NCBI RefSeq assembly: GCF_041381155.1
Contig: NC_091142.1
Coordinates: 29,883,528 to 29,947,527 of the forward strand
Reading direction: 5' to 3'
DNA length: 64,000 bases
From: Argopecten irradians
Taxonomy: Eukaryota
Shown here: positions 1-12,193 of the stretch, piece after piece
Layout: every line of letters begins with the position of its first letter
How positions within the stretch are numbered: position 1 is the stretch's first letter
The notes under the pieces: generated by a model
The model's input: only the letters and a program-made list of their open reading frames with translations
What the model was told of the DNA's origin: nothing
Database searches by the model: none
Program-made: the position numbers and the translations under genes

Positions 1-95
1 GGCTATATTCTGTTTTAATTTCATTGAGATGAATGCCACCTTGATTTGGTATGAAACTTAAGCTTCTAGATGACTCTTTTTCTTTCTCTGAGCAG

Positions 96-219
96 AAGTC
101 TAACCATGCTACAACAACAAGCCAAGACTCAGCATCCAGAGATGGAAGGCAAGGCCAAAGAAACAAAGTTCACACGAGAAAAAGCCAAGGAATACAAAGA
201 AAAAATTGCTCAACTTCAG
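96..219 (+). CDS. HAUS1: HAUS augmin-like complex subunit 1 (HAUS1/CCDC5)-like, internal coding exon; the gene's 5' exons lie off-window
   Basis: Open frame ...SLSRSLTMLQQQAKTQHPEMEGKAKETKFTREKAKEYKEKIAQLQ follows a polypyrimidine tract plus AG (ctctttttctttctctgagcag) and ends at the donor CAG|gtaatt at 219/220. It is coiled-coil like the C-terminal third of HAUS1. The acceptor position is uncertain. Confidence 0.4.
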
Positions 220-961
220 GTAATTTCTGTGAACTATATTTTAGCTTTCTCAGTAGTGTGCACGGCAAAATTGTATAGCAAACCCATGCTTGGTCTGATG
301 GAACTTGGGCCTCTATAAGAAAAAATCTGAATTTTAGAAATCTCTTTTTGCATGAATGAATGCACCTTTTTAAAGATGTTTTTGTATCGCCTGTGATGAT
401 AGATCGCGAAGGAGATACTATGGTGATACTTTTCCAGCGGCGGCGTTGTCGTCAACATTTCACTTTACAGTTTTGTGTTTTAGCTTTGTTTCTCAAAAAG
501 TTGAATCCTAACCAAACTTTTTTTCTCAAAAAGCGTAAGTCTTATCCTAACAAATCTTTGAATATAGCTGAAGGCCATCATTATCTACTCAACATATCTT
601 ATTGTTGCAGGATTCATTTCAGGGTGTGGGATTCAGATGCTGTTGTATGACACATTTATGCTGCATTTCTCTTTTCCTTGATTTTGTTTTACTTTCAGGT
701 GTTTTTAAATATTCCATTTATAAATCAACAATGCGGTACGGTTGATACTTATAATTACGCGTAATTCTTGTTTGAGTATGTCTATTAGTTATGACATCTT
801 GAATACTTCAGGAGTTAAAATCTATTGTTTAGATCTAGCAAATTACATTTTGAGGAGAATTATCATTCTTTTTTTTTTTTATCTCATTTCTGTGTTTACT
901 TTTAATTGTTTGAAATAAAAGTGATTTGTGTTTTGAACATATAAATTTCTTTTTTGTACAG

Positions 962-1027
962 AAAGTTTTATCCAGTACTGGAGTTGATTCGTCCATATAT
1001 CATAGAGAACTTGTTCAAAAGTCAGAG
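962..1027 (+). CDS. HAUS1: HAUS1-like coding exon (KVLSSTGVDSSIYHRELVQKSE)
   Basis: Acceptor tttttgtacag|AAAGTT and donor CAGAG|gtaaat. It is 66 nt, phase 0-0, and in frame with the flanking exons. Confidence 0.5.
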
Positions 1028-1226
1028 GTAAATATCTCCACAAATCTCAGTTCCCTTTCTAACAAAAATATTCCTAAACATTAAATTTCATGGCAAACTA
1101 ATATTTCTTTCTTTCAAACTTTGCTGATAAAAAAAATATATCAATTTGATATACAGTACCGGATATGTATATTTTGTATTTTCAAACTGCAGTATATATT
1201 ACAGATTTCTACCTTGTGATTTCTAG

Positions 1227-1299
1227 GAACTACAGAAGCTGAAGGAGCAGATGGCCCCACTCAAGGGAAAGTTACAGACTTACCATAGCCTACCCCCAG
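1227..1299 (+). CDS. HAUS1: HAUS1-like coding exon (ELQKLKEQMAPLKGKLQTYHSLPP-G)
   Basis: Acceptor ttctag|GAACTACAG. The peptide resembles human HAUS1 ...SEKLARLKQQTIPLKKKLESYLDLMP. The 3' end is placed by frame. The intron would start TATGTAAAG, a non-canonical donor; a canonical GTATGT lies 2 nt upstream but is out of phase. Confidence 0.4.
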
Positions 1300-2009
1300 T
1301 ATGTAAAGTATCATTGAAGTGAATAGTTGAGCAAAGAAAACCAGTCAAAATGCGTTCATTAGCCTTCCAAAAGTCCTTACAAATCAAAACGACGAAATTT
1401 GCCTAACTCTTTGAAAGTGAGGCTGCGTGAAAATGTAAACACGGACATAGCTAGCTGGAATGTTTTGTTTTAGGATTTCTATAATTTTAATTGATTTCTT
1501 CGCATGCAGAGTGATTTTAAAGGGAGATTTAATTTTCTATTTTATAAGAAATTATACTGGATACCTTCACAGCATTTTTACCAACTTTAGCCTTCCTTTG
1601 CCTGACTATTCACTTTGATATTGCTAAGAGGAACTAATTACAAGTTATTAATAATATATTACAAGTGACAAATTTTTGTTCAGTGTTCTCAAAGACAAAA
1701 CTTCAGCTTATAATTGTTTCACAAATCTTGTTTTCCATTTAGTTTGAAGCTTGTCTGGAGGCATTAACAAACAAATTTAGTTTTACAATTTCAAACATAC
1801 TTTGTTCACAAAAGACAATGGGATCAGATAACGAGCATTACCTACATAGGTCTTCTCCCTTAATTTAGTTTTACTTATCTTGTTTTCCATGAGTTGATAA
1901 GTTTGAAGCTAGTTCAACTATTCTAATAATGGTGTGGTCTACTTAGAGAATAAATTGTCTGGATCGAGGCATTAACAATAGACTTTAGCTTTACTGATCT
2001 TTCTTACAG

Positions 2010-2059
2010 GACACATCTCATTGACAAAAGTAAAGCTGGAAGAACTGAAGAGAGAAGTG
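2010..2059 (+). CDS. HAUS1: HAUS1-like coding exon (HISLTKVKLEELKREV)
   Basis: Acceptor ctttcttacag|GA and donor GAAGTG|gtaggt. The peptide parallels human HAUS1 SLAQVKIEEAKRELDSIEAEL. Confidence 0.5.
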
Positions 2060-2896
2060 GTAGGTGTTGATATATTCTTAAAAAATCTTTAATATTAATT
2101 ATAGAGTATTATTGAAGCATGATCATTAGATTACATATAAAAACCCTGTAGTCTTGTCCAATAACTATATTGCTTTTATCTGAGAAAATCACTCGCTTCC
2201 AATTATTTATTGTCCATCTCATGTTGGCTTAGATGGCACTGAAGGGTTTTTTAAGAAGTCTGAACATTCCTTCGCTCATTGTATTTAACAATAATATTAT
2301 TAAGGGATTCCCTCCTATTGTTTTTAACAGTCCTCTCCAAAGAACAATAATCTCGCAAATTTATTAACTTTGGTCATATACTTTTGGCCTGTTCTCCACT
2401 GAACCACATGTACAAAATTTGTTAACAAAGTCTATAACTGTAGACTGTATTTTTTACCTATCTTTCTTCGTGAATATCCACTCCATAACATCCCTATGAT
2501 AATATTTTTAACGCCCACCAACAGTTCTGTCCCTTTTCGGCACATCATGCCAATACACATCCACGGGAAAAACCAGAAAGCAGACGACAAAACAATATTG
2601 TGTGACGTAACATCACGTCATACGCAAACCTAAAAACATCGCACATCATCATCAGTGAAGCTTAAAAAGAATGCCTAGGCCATTTTCATCAAAATTATTG
2701 ACGCGACATAAACACGCCTTCATTGTGACTGATACTTTTGGCATGGCACTGTACATATTGTTGATTGTAAGAGATTAATAGATTAGGCAAAAAAGTTTAA
2801 ACACTTTGTTTTTAATATTTGAGAAATAAGGTGACCGTTAAGAACCATAGATCTATTGTTTTGATTTATTATTATTGAATTCAATTGATTTTACAG

Positions 2897-2947
2897 GATC
2901 TGCTGGAATCAGAAGTATGCAAAAATATTGACTTGATGCATATATGA
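2897..2947 (+). CDS. HAUS1: HAUS1-like terminal coding exon (DLLESEVCKNIDLMHI*)
   Basis: Acceptor ttgattttacag|GAT, phase 0, TGA stop at 2945-2947. The peptide parallels the human HAUS1 C-terminus DSIEAELTRRVDMMEL*. Confidence 0.5.
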   Translation, partial: DLLESEVCKNIDLMHI

Positions 2948-3231
2948 AAGCCGAAAACATATTGATGGCCCACCCTTTACAACTGTCACTCAAAAAGAAG
3001 AGGCTCCTGCTCATCACAGAAAGTCTAATTATCAGACAGATCTATCGGCCTGATCTCCGGCAGTGTTCTTCTGATAATTGTAAGGTTTCTGGCTTTTGTT
3101 TATTGTTTTAAGCCAACAAACCTTACAAAACCAGGATTTGAGTTTTCACAAGCACAGATCGGATAAAGATGATAGGCAGACGTTTTTGAAGCTTCAAAAT
3201 AGACTAAATGTAAAGCAATTCACATAAAAAG

Positions 3232-3783
3232 TTAAAGGGACAATTCATTCTAAGAGAACATTAAAATTTGTACATATATCGGAAAAAAACCAGTTCTAAT
3301 GGAATTTAGATCAGTCGGTTTTACTGTGATGTGCCTGAAAAGCCCATGGTGGTGACATGTGTGTGAAATTTTCAAACTTGTGGTCGAACTTCTTGTATGC
3401 CGAACCCTGTCCCTTGCTCGTAGAGTAATGAAACGTTTGTTTATAACTGCTCAAATCGCTCTGACAATAGTGTGTTAACCTTATTATGTGAATTATCTTG
3501 CCTCAAAATCATTTTATCACCTCCGCAGTGGTTATGTAGTTCATTTGTTTAACGTGCGTGACTTTGGCTCGGGTATAGGTACAGCGCCCATATTGTACCT
3601 GCTTAATTGTATTGATCAATGATTTGATATTTCAACGATATTAATTAAAATACTTAACAATGACGTGGAATTTGTCAATATTTAACGTTATTTGTTTCAT
3701 AAGAAATATAGAACAATACATTTATGCCATATTTCACTTCTTGGTTATGTAAAAGAATTAGCCTGAGTGAATTGTCCCTTTAA
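3232..3783. mobile_element. MITE family B, full-length non-autonomous element of about 550 bp
   Basis: Terminal inverted repeats TTAAAGGGACAATTCA ... TGAATTGTCCCTTTAA. A truncated second copy lies at 34598-34835. TTAA at both ends fits piggyBac-style TTAA target duplication but does not prove it. Confidence 0.6.
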
Positions 3784-4528
3784 TATTTACAGGTTACTGT
3801 TAACCAAATTTATTTCACAGTTACTAAATTTCTTAATTTCAGGTTCAAAACATTTTCATAGAGATTAAGTTTTAGCGGATTAAAAATTGAATTGAGATAT
3901 CTTTGAATGTAATTGTGCAAGAATGATCAAAGATATTATTCAAGCGTTCTTGCTACGTGACTATCCTGCACAAAATTGCAAGATGGCGTGATTTGCTTAT
4001 GAATCTAAATGCTACACCTCAGATGGCGTAGCAATGATGCATGTATTGTATATTGTATACACAATGTTAATTAAGTATTGACACTTTGGTCACATAGTAA
4101 CACCCCAAAACTTGGTGTATTAATAAAAAAGTGGTATTCTTCAAAGCAAATTCTGAAAGTATTTTTGGAAATGTTCTATATCCTGAGGGTGTACAAACCA
4201 TGAAAAACATGGTCTTACATGTATAACTTGATGTATTGTTAAAAAAATTTCTAATGAATGGGTACATATACACTTTGTACAGATTGAACAAAAATATATT
4301 CTGCTCGTTTTATCTTGACTGAAAACTGTATTTTCACTATCATAGTGCTATGGGTATATGATACATGTAATTTAATTCATCACATATTTATTGGTACATA
4401 TATTTTTATGAGAGATTAAAATGAAAAAAATTATACTTTGTGTTGATTTTATGTACATGATGATGTTATTATTTAGTATTCTTATTATATGTGTTGATTA
4501 TGTGTACAGGATAAGGTTATAATTATCA

Positions 4529-4750
4529 GGCCAAAAAAAAAATTCTGTTAAGGGTTACCCCTAATTTTTACCCTGACCCTATTTTATTTCAATTTTTCAA
4601 TGAAAAAGAATTAAAAGTTGGGATTTCATTCTCAGACTTCGGTTTCGCCATTATTTTAGAGTAAAAGTCACTAAAAAAAAATCCTTCCGACCTACTGGCC
4701 CTATTTTTTTTCCGCCTATGTCGCCCTAAACAGACATGTTTTTTTTTTGG
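4529..4750 (+). mobile_element. MITE family A copy 1 (about 220 bp), TIRs GGCCAAAAAAAAAAttCTGTTaAGGGTTAC
   Basis: Its terminal inverted repeats match each other. The whole element matches 10451-10679 in reverse orientation, for example aagttgggatttcattctcagacttcggtttcgccattattttagagtaaaagtcactaaaaa. Confidence 0.6.
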
Positions 4751-6010
4751 TCTCATTTAGTAATCTTTATTCTAGATCTGTAGTGTGTTAGTTTCTTCCA
4801 TATAATAGTGTTGGTATGGAAGGCAAATCTCTTTAATATTTTGTAACAAAGTTCGTGTAAATTTTTCACAAGTTTAAATTCCTGGCTGGCACTTTGAGTA
4901 CAAGTAAAATTTTGAGCCTTTTTAGGTAGCATAAGCATGCCTAATGGCATGTGGAATTACTATGTTTCCCGTTAAGTAAAGTTGGGCTATTTCTTTCTTT
5001 GTGGTAGCTTTTATATCATCATCTTACACCAGACTTGATTATTGACTAGTGTGGAGAAATTAATTTATAAAACTGTTCAGCAAATTAAAAGCGATATACA
5101 TGTGCCAAGTACATTTTATGTCTTCTACTGACCTGTATAAACCTACAAATAGATAAGTACTGTATGGACGGTTCTTTTTGCAGGTCAGAATTTCTATGAT
5201 TTGGCCCTATACTGTAAACCAACGAAAATGAAAATATATTGAAATTTACATAAAATATATATATATAGTAATTACTTATTCAGAGCAACATTAAAGATAT
5301 AATTTCAATTAGATTGGGTTTGATTACAACTGTCTGCCGGTTCCGTCTGTGTATAGTCCTCTGAAGCTGTTGAGATAGTTGCCACCTTTCGATTTTCACC
5401 ATTTTCCAATTGCCCTACATACTCTCGATCAGGTATGCAGTTGATGAGTGAAGATCCCTACGAGTAACCTAGAAAAAAAACGGCGTTGACTCTATCCATC
5501 TCTTCCTTCAAAATAGTAATGATAGTAATGATAGACAAAAAACATATAGTTTGTTTTGAATACAGTTTAATATGAACACAAATTATTAATAGGTGAAAGT
5601 TTTTTCTCCTTGATACAAACAAACGAGGACAATACTTCTGTGATAGACATACAACATGAAAATGTACGAGCTGATGTACTTATGGTGTTGGCACAAGTAA
5701 TGCGTTAATTGTCTTCTCCATCTGGGATATGAATCACTTAGATGATGCATGGCATTTTCATTCAAAATGACACTTTTTATACTTTTTACATTAAAACACA
5801 ACTCAAGACCTATGGTCACTAAACAATGTTAACATTATATAAAAGGTTGATAAATGTTTTTCATGACTGAAAATGATTTGTATGACTGAAAACATGTTTT
5901 GTGGCATTTCAGTAAATTAATACGTGTATTTTTACCTATTTTGAACCCATTGCAAGAACAGAAATATAATGGAATATCTGGACTGTTGTTTGTGGAAATT
6001 TCTGAACAAG

Positions 6011-6220
6011 GCTTTTTTATTAGTTTAACATCCTATTAACAGCAAGGGTCAGACAAGGACGTGCCAGGTTTGTTGGTGGTACCCAGAGAAAAACCATCAA
6101 CCAGCGGTCAGTATATCTGGCAACTGCTTCACGTAGGATTCAAACACACGGCCCAGAGCTCGAGGTGGAGGGCTTGTGGAAATGTATTAAGATATCTTAA
6201 CCACTCGGCCACCGCGACCC
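6011..6220 (-). mobile_element. tRNA-derived SINE
   Basis: On the - strand it reads GGGTCGCGGTGGCCGAGTGGTTAAG...GGGCCGTGTGTTTGAATCCTACG. These are a tRNA-like D-arm (GTGGCCGAGTGGTTAAG) and a T-arm-like box (GTTTGAATCC). They are followed by a body and a 3' tail ...GCTGTTAATAGGATGTTAAACTAATAAAAAAGCC. Confidence 0.5.
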
Positions 6221-7904
6221 CTTTATTTTTTTTTGAGCCAAGTCTCCATATCGTGTATTGGTCATTTGTTGGTCGATTACCTTAAAATTGAATGGCTATC
6301 CTTTCCACTGCCTAACTGATTTGAACTAAGACCAAGTTTCATCTGACCCCAACACCTATAGGTCAAATTTCACAACAAAACTGTTTACGTCATTAGTGTA
6401 CAGATTTTTAGATTCCATTATCAGATGTAGAAGCTGGATAGAAAAAAAGAAAACAAGTTAAATACTACACCGGAAAAAATAATAAATTAACGTGAGGTTT
6501 GAACGAAAAACAAAGAAATATGAATGAAAAAAAAAAAATCCAAAATGATGAATATGACAATTTACATATGAGTAACATGGTTTTTCTAGCAAATCACACC
6601 CAGTTACATGGTGTTGAATGATAAAGACCTCAAAATATTCTATTTGGTCATATCTACATTTGCCATTGGTAACAACACAAACTTTGCATAATTTTTTTAA
6701 ATGATTGATGATAACTTAAGTTATGCCAGATGTGTAATCAATTAAAGCTATAAAGTTAAGTCAACATGATCCTCTGACCTTTACACGTAACAATAATAAA
6801 CACATTATGTAAATTTGATACTATTTTTAAGTGCCCTGGGCGCTAAATGACGGCATTATGGTAAGTGCACAAGTACTTGCGTAGTCATTATAAAACCAAA
6901 TTGCATGATATAACTTGTGGTATGTATTACATACATGTAATTAAAAACATCATTAACACTACTTTCCAGGCTTTTGATTAAAATATCCCAAGCCTAATAA
7001 AGAATCTGGTATAAATTTCAGAGTGACATTGTATGATGTAGTACCTTTTAAAATGATCTTGAAATAAACGAAAAGCTAGCCAGCATATATATCAACGAGG
7101 TTTGCCTACTGATCTGGTCCTGCTCCAATAATCAGATGACTTCAATTAACAAATGCAGTTCAGCCTTACCAACTTTTAGTAAATTAGTATATGAAGCTTT
7201 TATTAACTGTCAAAATCTAGAGAGCTGTACATGTCTATATACCATGATGGCAAACGTATAAAAGATGAATTTTGATGGATGAAAGAACAAAGAAAAGAAA
7301 GTCCCACCACTATATGAAACTCATTGGGCTCTTACTTGTAACAGAGATATGCATTATATCAGATTGCCTGTAAACAGGGGTGGAGACTGGTGTAGGACTT
7401 TTATATTACGGTCGTATATTGATTTTATATTACGGTCGTATATTGATTCTAGCACTTGTGCCAGAGAACTTTCTAGGATATAACAAGGCTTATTTTTCAA
7501 TAAATATTTCAGATACCATAGTACTTTTCACAGGAATTTGGCATGTATTTCCACCCAATGATTCAAAATCCTGTGTAAATATACTGGTAGATATTTGGTA
7601 TTTGTACCAAATCCCTGTGACAATAGTAGAAGACATGGGTTTTTTCCAGATGAAAAATAAGAAAACATAATATTTAAAATTATTATGTCATACATCAAGA
7701 ATGCTTAGTATGTGGCATACGTATTTAGCACACCGGCAAGTCAAAAGACCCATTATACAGTTTAATACTAGTGGATAGTAGGTCTTTGATTTACCGGCTT
7801 GCTAAATACCTATATGGTATGGGGTACAATACAAAAACATACTGTACGGTATAAATATATGGCAACGATGGTTTTATGTGCACTTGACAAGATAACACAA
7901 ACAA

Positions 7905-7930
7905 TGAATATATATATATATATATAATAA
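7905..7930. repeat. (TA)n microsatellite
   Basis: atatatatatatatatat seen directly. Confidence 0.9.
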
Positions 7931-8333
7931 TGGGATGAATATATACAGATTGCATGTATAATTACATGTAAATACTGTTTCATAAAAACAACACTTTAGT
8001 AGTAGCTACTATGCACGTACTTCTATGAAGCCAAAAAACCAAAACAAATAATGAAGAAAGAAAAAAAATCAAAAAGGTCAACAGCATAAATGGACAAAAT
8101 ATGGTCACAGTAAAACTAAAACAGATCAAGTAAATATACAAAGGTAATTTATATAATTTATAGCTGTTATTAACATGAATCAAATTTTCGAGACCGTAGC
8201 AATGTCCAGCGAAATCAGGAAATATTGTTTCCACCAAATAAAATGTACATTAAGTTTAAAGTCCTTCATATAGTTTCTTGAAAAACTACATTTTAAACTA
8301 CAGTAATTAAGTAATTCTGAAAAAATGTTTTCA

Positions 8334-8337
<4 letters not shown>

Positions 8338-8367
<30 letters not shown>
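8338..8367. repeat. poly(A) tract of about 28 nt
   Basis: aaaaaaaaaaaaaaaaaaaaaaaaaaaa at 8338-8365. Confidence 0.9.
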
Positions 8368-8368
<1 letters not shown>

Positions 8369-8949
8369 GAAGTACATTTGTATTTCAATGCTGAAATTGA
8401 AGGAAATGGACTGTTGCGTAGCTTTCAATTAATAGACAGTTCACCTAGAACATGTCCTAATTGGCAAGTGAATGCAACAGCTTTTAATGTAAAAATGTAT
8501 TTTTATATGTTAGAAGGGCAGTCATGGGGCGAAATTTTACCTAGTAGTCTTTATCGATGAATTTTAAGTGATTGAATAAAAATGAAATAAATGGATGAAG
8601 AGTGTGTATCACAATTAAGGAAAAATGGCAAGCTCATTAACTTAAAATTTCAGAGAACCCCTCTTTTAATACCTAAGAAAATATACTGTATCCAAGCATA
8701 AATATGAAAGTACCAGATAGAGGGAGTACATACAAATATGGAAAGTCCTCAATGAAAGTGGTCATTATAAGAACCAAGGGAATATGAAAAATGAAACATT
8801 TTTGTGCAAGCCGGAATGCTTGTTGTTTTATCCAGGCAATTTATTTGAAAGAGTAATCTCCCTTTCAAGGTAAAAATTTTTAGGACGGAAAAAAAATGTG
8901 AGATTGTATGACAAAACAAGGACGTATATGAGAAGGATAAGTCACACTG

Positions 8950-9310
8950 AGTTTTAGGCAAAGACAGCGCAGGCGCTTTTGTGTTTGTGCACTGACCATG
9001 ACGTTGGGCGACGACTGATTTCCTTTGATATCCGCCGCCGCAGTCTTTGATGTAGCATGGGGGTGCGAGGGTTACCGTCTTACTTTCTGAAGCGTGCTGC
9101 CATTTCGTGAGCGGTCGTATTTTTTTAACGATAGTTTAAGACATTTTTTCTAAATCTTCCGTCTTTAAAGCAAGTTATAAACGTTGTGAAATTTAATTTA
9201 CTTTACATTGGTGTTTCGTTTGACTCGATAAGACAAGTATTTGTTGAGAAAAACGGTTTTTATTCCCGGTTCATAAGCGTCTCGCGTGGTGTTTAGTAAT
9301 GTAAAGAGAC
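8950..9310. promoter_or_regulatory. CpG-rich island in an otherwise AT-rich intergenic region, a possible promoter or unannotated first exon
   Basis: A local cluster of CG dinucleotides (gcgcaggcgc, gacgttgggcgacgactg, tccgccgccgcag, gtgcgagggttaccg, cgtgagcggtcg, cgtctcgcgtgg) contrasts with CpG-poor flanks. No ORF is present. Confidence 0.25.
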
Positions 9311-10450
9311 AGACACGAATCCTTCTCACTTATAAATCCTTGATTGAATGACAAAAAAATCTTAAACAAAATTGAAGAATAGAAATCGAAGATCCTACTA
9401 AAGCAAGAAGATTTGGAATGCGTCTTCCATGAGTATAGATTAATTAAAAGTTTGACTTTTATTTTGTTTTACATATTTTTAATAACATTTAAATGAAACA
9501 CACACATTAAAAATTTCAATACTGTATACATGAAATGCTACTAAAGATGAATCCAGTACAGGGTACAGTATAAAGTAATTAAAGACAAATTATATTTTCT
9601 GGTGTTGAGAACAGAAATATGTAGTTAGTTAAATCATATTTTTTGCATTGTAGGAGACCCATGGTAACGCTACCTTCATCATGATAAGTGTAGCTGTGCA
9701 TAGCAGTGCGATCAACAGTGGGTTTTTGATGTTCACAAAAATTTCTTGTACATTTATATAGAAATCTATGTTGAATATTTGTAACATTTTTTCCTATTTG
9801 TTCCTTTGTCATCTTCAAAAAGGCTGATAATGTCATGAAAATTCTATCAATCTGTTTAAAACCAGATTTTGGATAAAGCTCCGATACCCCTACGCTCCAG
9901 TACAATAATGTAACAGAGAGGAGGTTTGCCGGAATGGCATGGAAATCAAGATATGATTTTGATCAGATTGAAATTATATCCATGTATCTGGGAAATACAG
10001 ATCCGGATAAATTAATGAAATAAAATTCCCTTACTTGTGAATTTATTAAATCTGGCAATGTTCTAATTCAAGAAAATTCGACTCAAAAATATAATCCGCT
10101 ATATATGGTAGTTGACATTTTACACATATCAATGCTAACAGAGCTATTCATTGCTCAACGATAGTAAGTAAATTCAATGAAAGAAAAAAATCAAGCACTT
10201 AAATTCAACAGTAGAAATACATTTGAAAAAAAAATAGAGAAAAGAACACTTGCAAATAAATATTCAAATAAATTGAACTACAGCAAAAAAACCTATATAC
10301 ATTGTACAGAGGACTGTGATAAATAACACTCCCTTGGGGCAGTGGCCCAACACTCATACAGTTGAAAACAGTAAACCCCTACGCTCAAGGAGAGACAACC
10401 AGAGTATCAAGTATCAATCTTGTTGTGCATGTGATATTGTTGCCATATTA

Positions 10451-10679
10451 GGCAAAAAAAATGCCTGTTTAGGGTTACATTGGCAAAAGAAATAAGGTCG
10501 GTAGGTCGGGAGTTTATTTTTAGTGTCTTTCACTCTAAAATAATGGCCGGAACTGGAGTCTGAGATCAAAATCCCAACTTTTCTTTTTTTTTCGTAGAAA
10601 AGTGGAGAAAAAAATTTGGGTCAATGGTTAAAATTAGGTCGGTCGGGCAACTTTAAACAGACATATTATTTTTTTGCTC
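10451..10679 (-). mobile_element. MITE family A copy 2, inverted relative to copy 1
   Basis: TIRs ggcaaaaaaaatgcctgtttagggttac / gcaactttaaacagacatattatttttttgctc. The internal sequence is the reverse complement of 4529-4750. Confidence 0.55.
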
Positions 10680-11764
10680 TACTAAAGTATTCAAACGGTA
10701 TAATTTCAATATGGGACAATTTTTGTTTTCTGATGTTGTATTACATTATATTGGCGTTCAAAAGGGTCAAGACTACAAGGTTTTGGTAGCTAGATACGGT
10801 CTTCTGGATAGCCGACACTATTTCACACATTTTAAAACAGTATATCGAGATGGCAATATATTAAGGATTTATATATTTATGGCAGTCTCTGATTGGGTAA
10901 TTTTGGTGGCAAGGAAATGTAAGGGTTGGCAGTTCGTGGTGGATGAGTGACTGATGGAAAGGAAAGATTTCATTGTCTCTATATTGGTAACTATGTCTAT
11001 GAATAATCCTTATAAAAATCTGAATTTTTTTTCCAGTGGACAGCATACTGATATACCAATGTGCTAATTAAAGTAAATACAATACCATGATCAGACCTTT
11101 ATAAACACATCAACACACAAAAACATTGTTAAACTGTAACATAACAAAACTTTTTGATTTTCGCATTACATTTCAAAAAAAAAAAAAAAAAAATACAGAA
11201 AAAAAAATCGCATTTGTTCACTAAATGTAGGTAACAGTACATGTAATTAACATATTTAATACTTTTTAAAGAATTAATGTACCATAGCTTTGCCTGCTTG
11301 TTGAACATGAAACCTGCTAATAATATCAGAATTTCCGCCATGCACTGAGGTATGGTGTATGTTTCTTCGTATCAATAAAAAATTATTATCCAAAATGATA
11401 TAAAAATACCAAGTAGAGGTTGTGAACATTTTCATACCATTCATTAACAATCGTAACTTTAATCTATAATTTTCGGTCCACAAACGAAAGAGAATTGTTG
11501 ACATGGAATTGCCTGATCAGCAAATTTTTTGCATCAAGTCTCATAGTACACCGGTCCTATATCATATCCCATCCAGACATAATATTGTGAAAATCAATCT
11601 TACAGCCTTGGTTTTGATCATGCAATAATGAAATTAATACTTGTGAGACATGACAATAAACCTTGTTCTACAACCAATGTTCACTGTATATACACAATTG
11701 AAACAAAAACTTGTGTGAGGAGGAGATTCCTTACTCATTTCGAGTTTGCATAAGCCCTATGACA

Positions 11765-11870
11765 GTCATCCTCGATACTTCAGGGGTTACTATCAATGAC
11801 GAGGATATAACATCAGTGATAGTAACCCCTGTAGTATTGATGATGTATGACAGTAAGTCAACCAACAATA
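11765..11870. repeat. Imperfect ~100-bp palindrome with a 14-bp perfect inner stem
   Basis: AGGGGTTACTATCA (11788) pairs with TGATAGTAACCCCT (11816). The outer arms gtcatcctcgatact and agtattgatgatgtatgac also pair. Confidence 0.5.
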
Positions 11871-12193
11871 TATCTATTACTATACCGTAAACCAACTTTT
11901 TTTGTGTGCAGTTAAATTACCAGGTACCCGTCATTCCAGAGCAATAAGAAATCACGAAAATTGCCAACCACAAAAAGATCTGAGCACAGGTTTAGTAGAA
12001 CTAAATAACTCTAATTTGTGAAATCAAATTGTCTGGAAAATGTCGTTAGGTAAGAAAACGCGAAATTACGTCGCCACAAAAATAAGTTGGTTTACAGTAC
12101 CTAGTCATATCATGACTATTTCTTTACAAACATGACATTTCATAATCATCAAAGGATTTCTGAGGCATCACATGAAATATGTCAGAAGCAACT

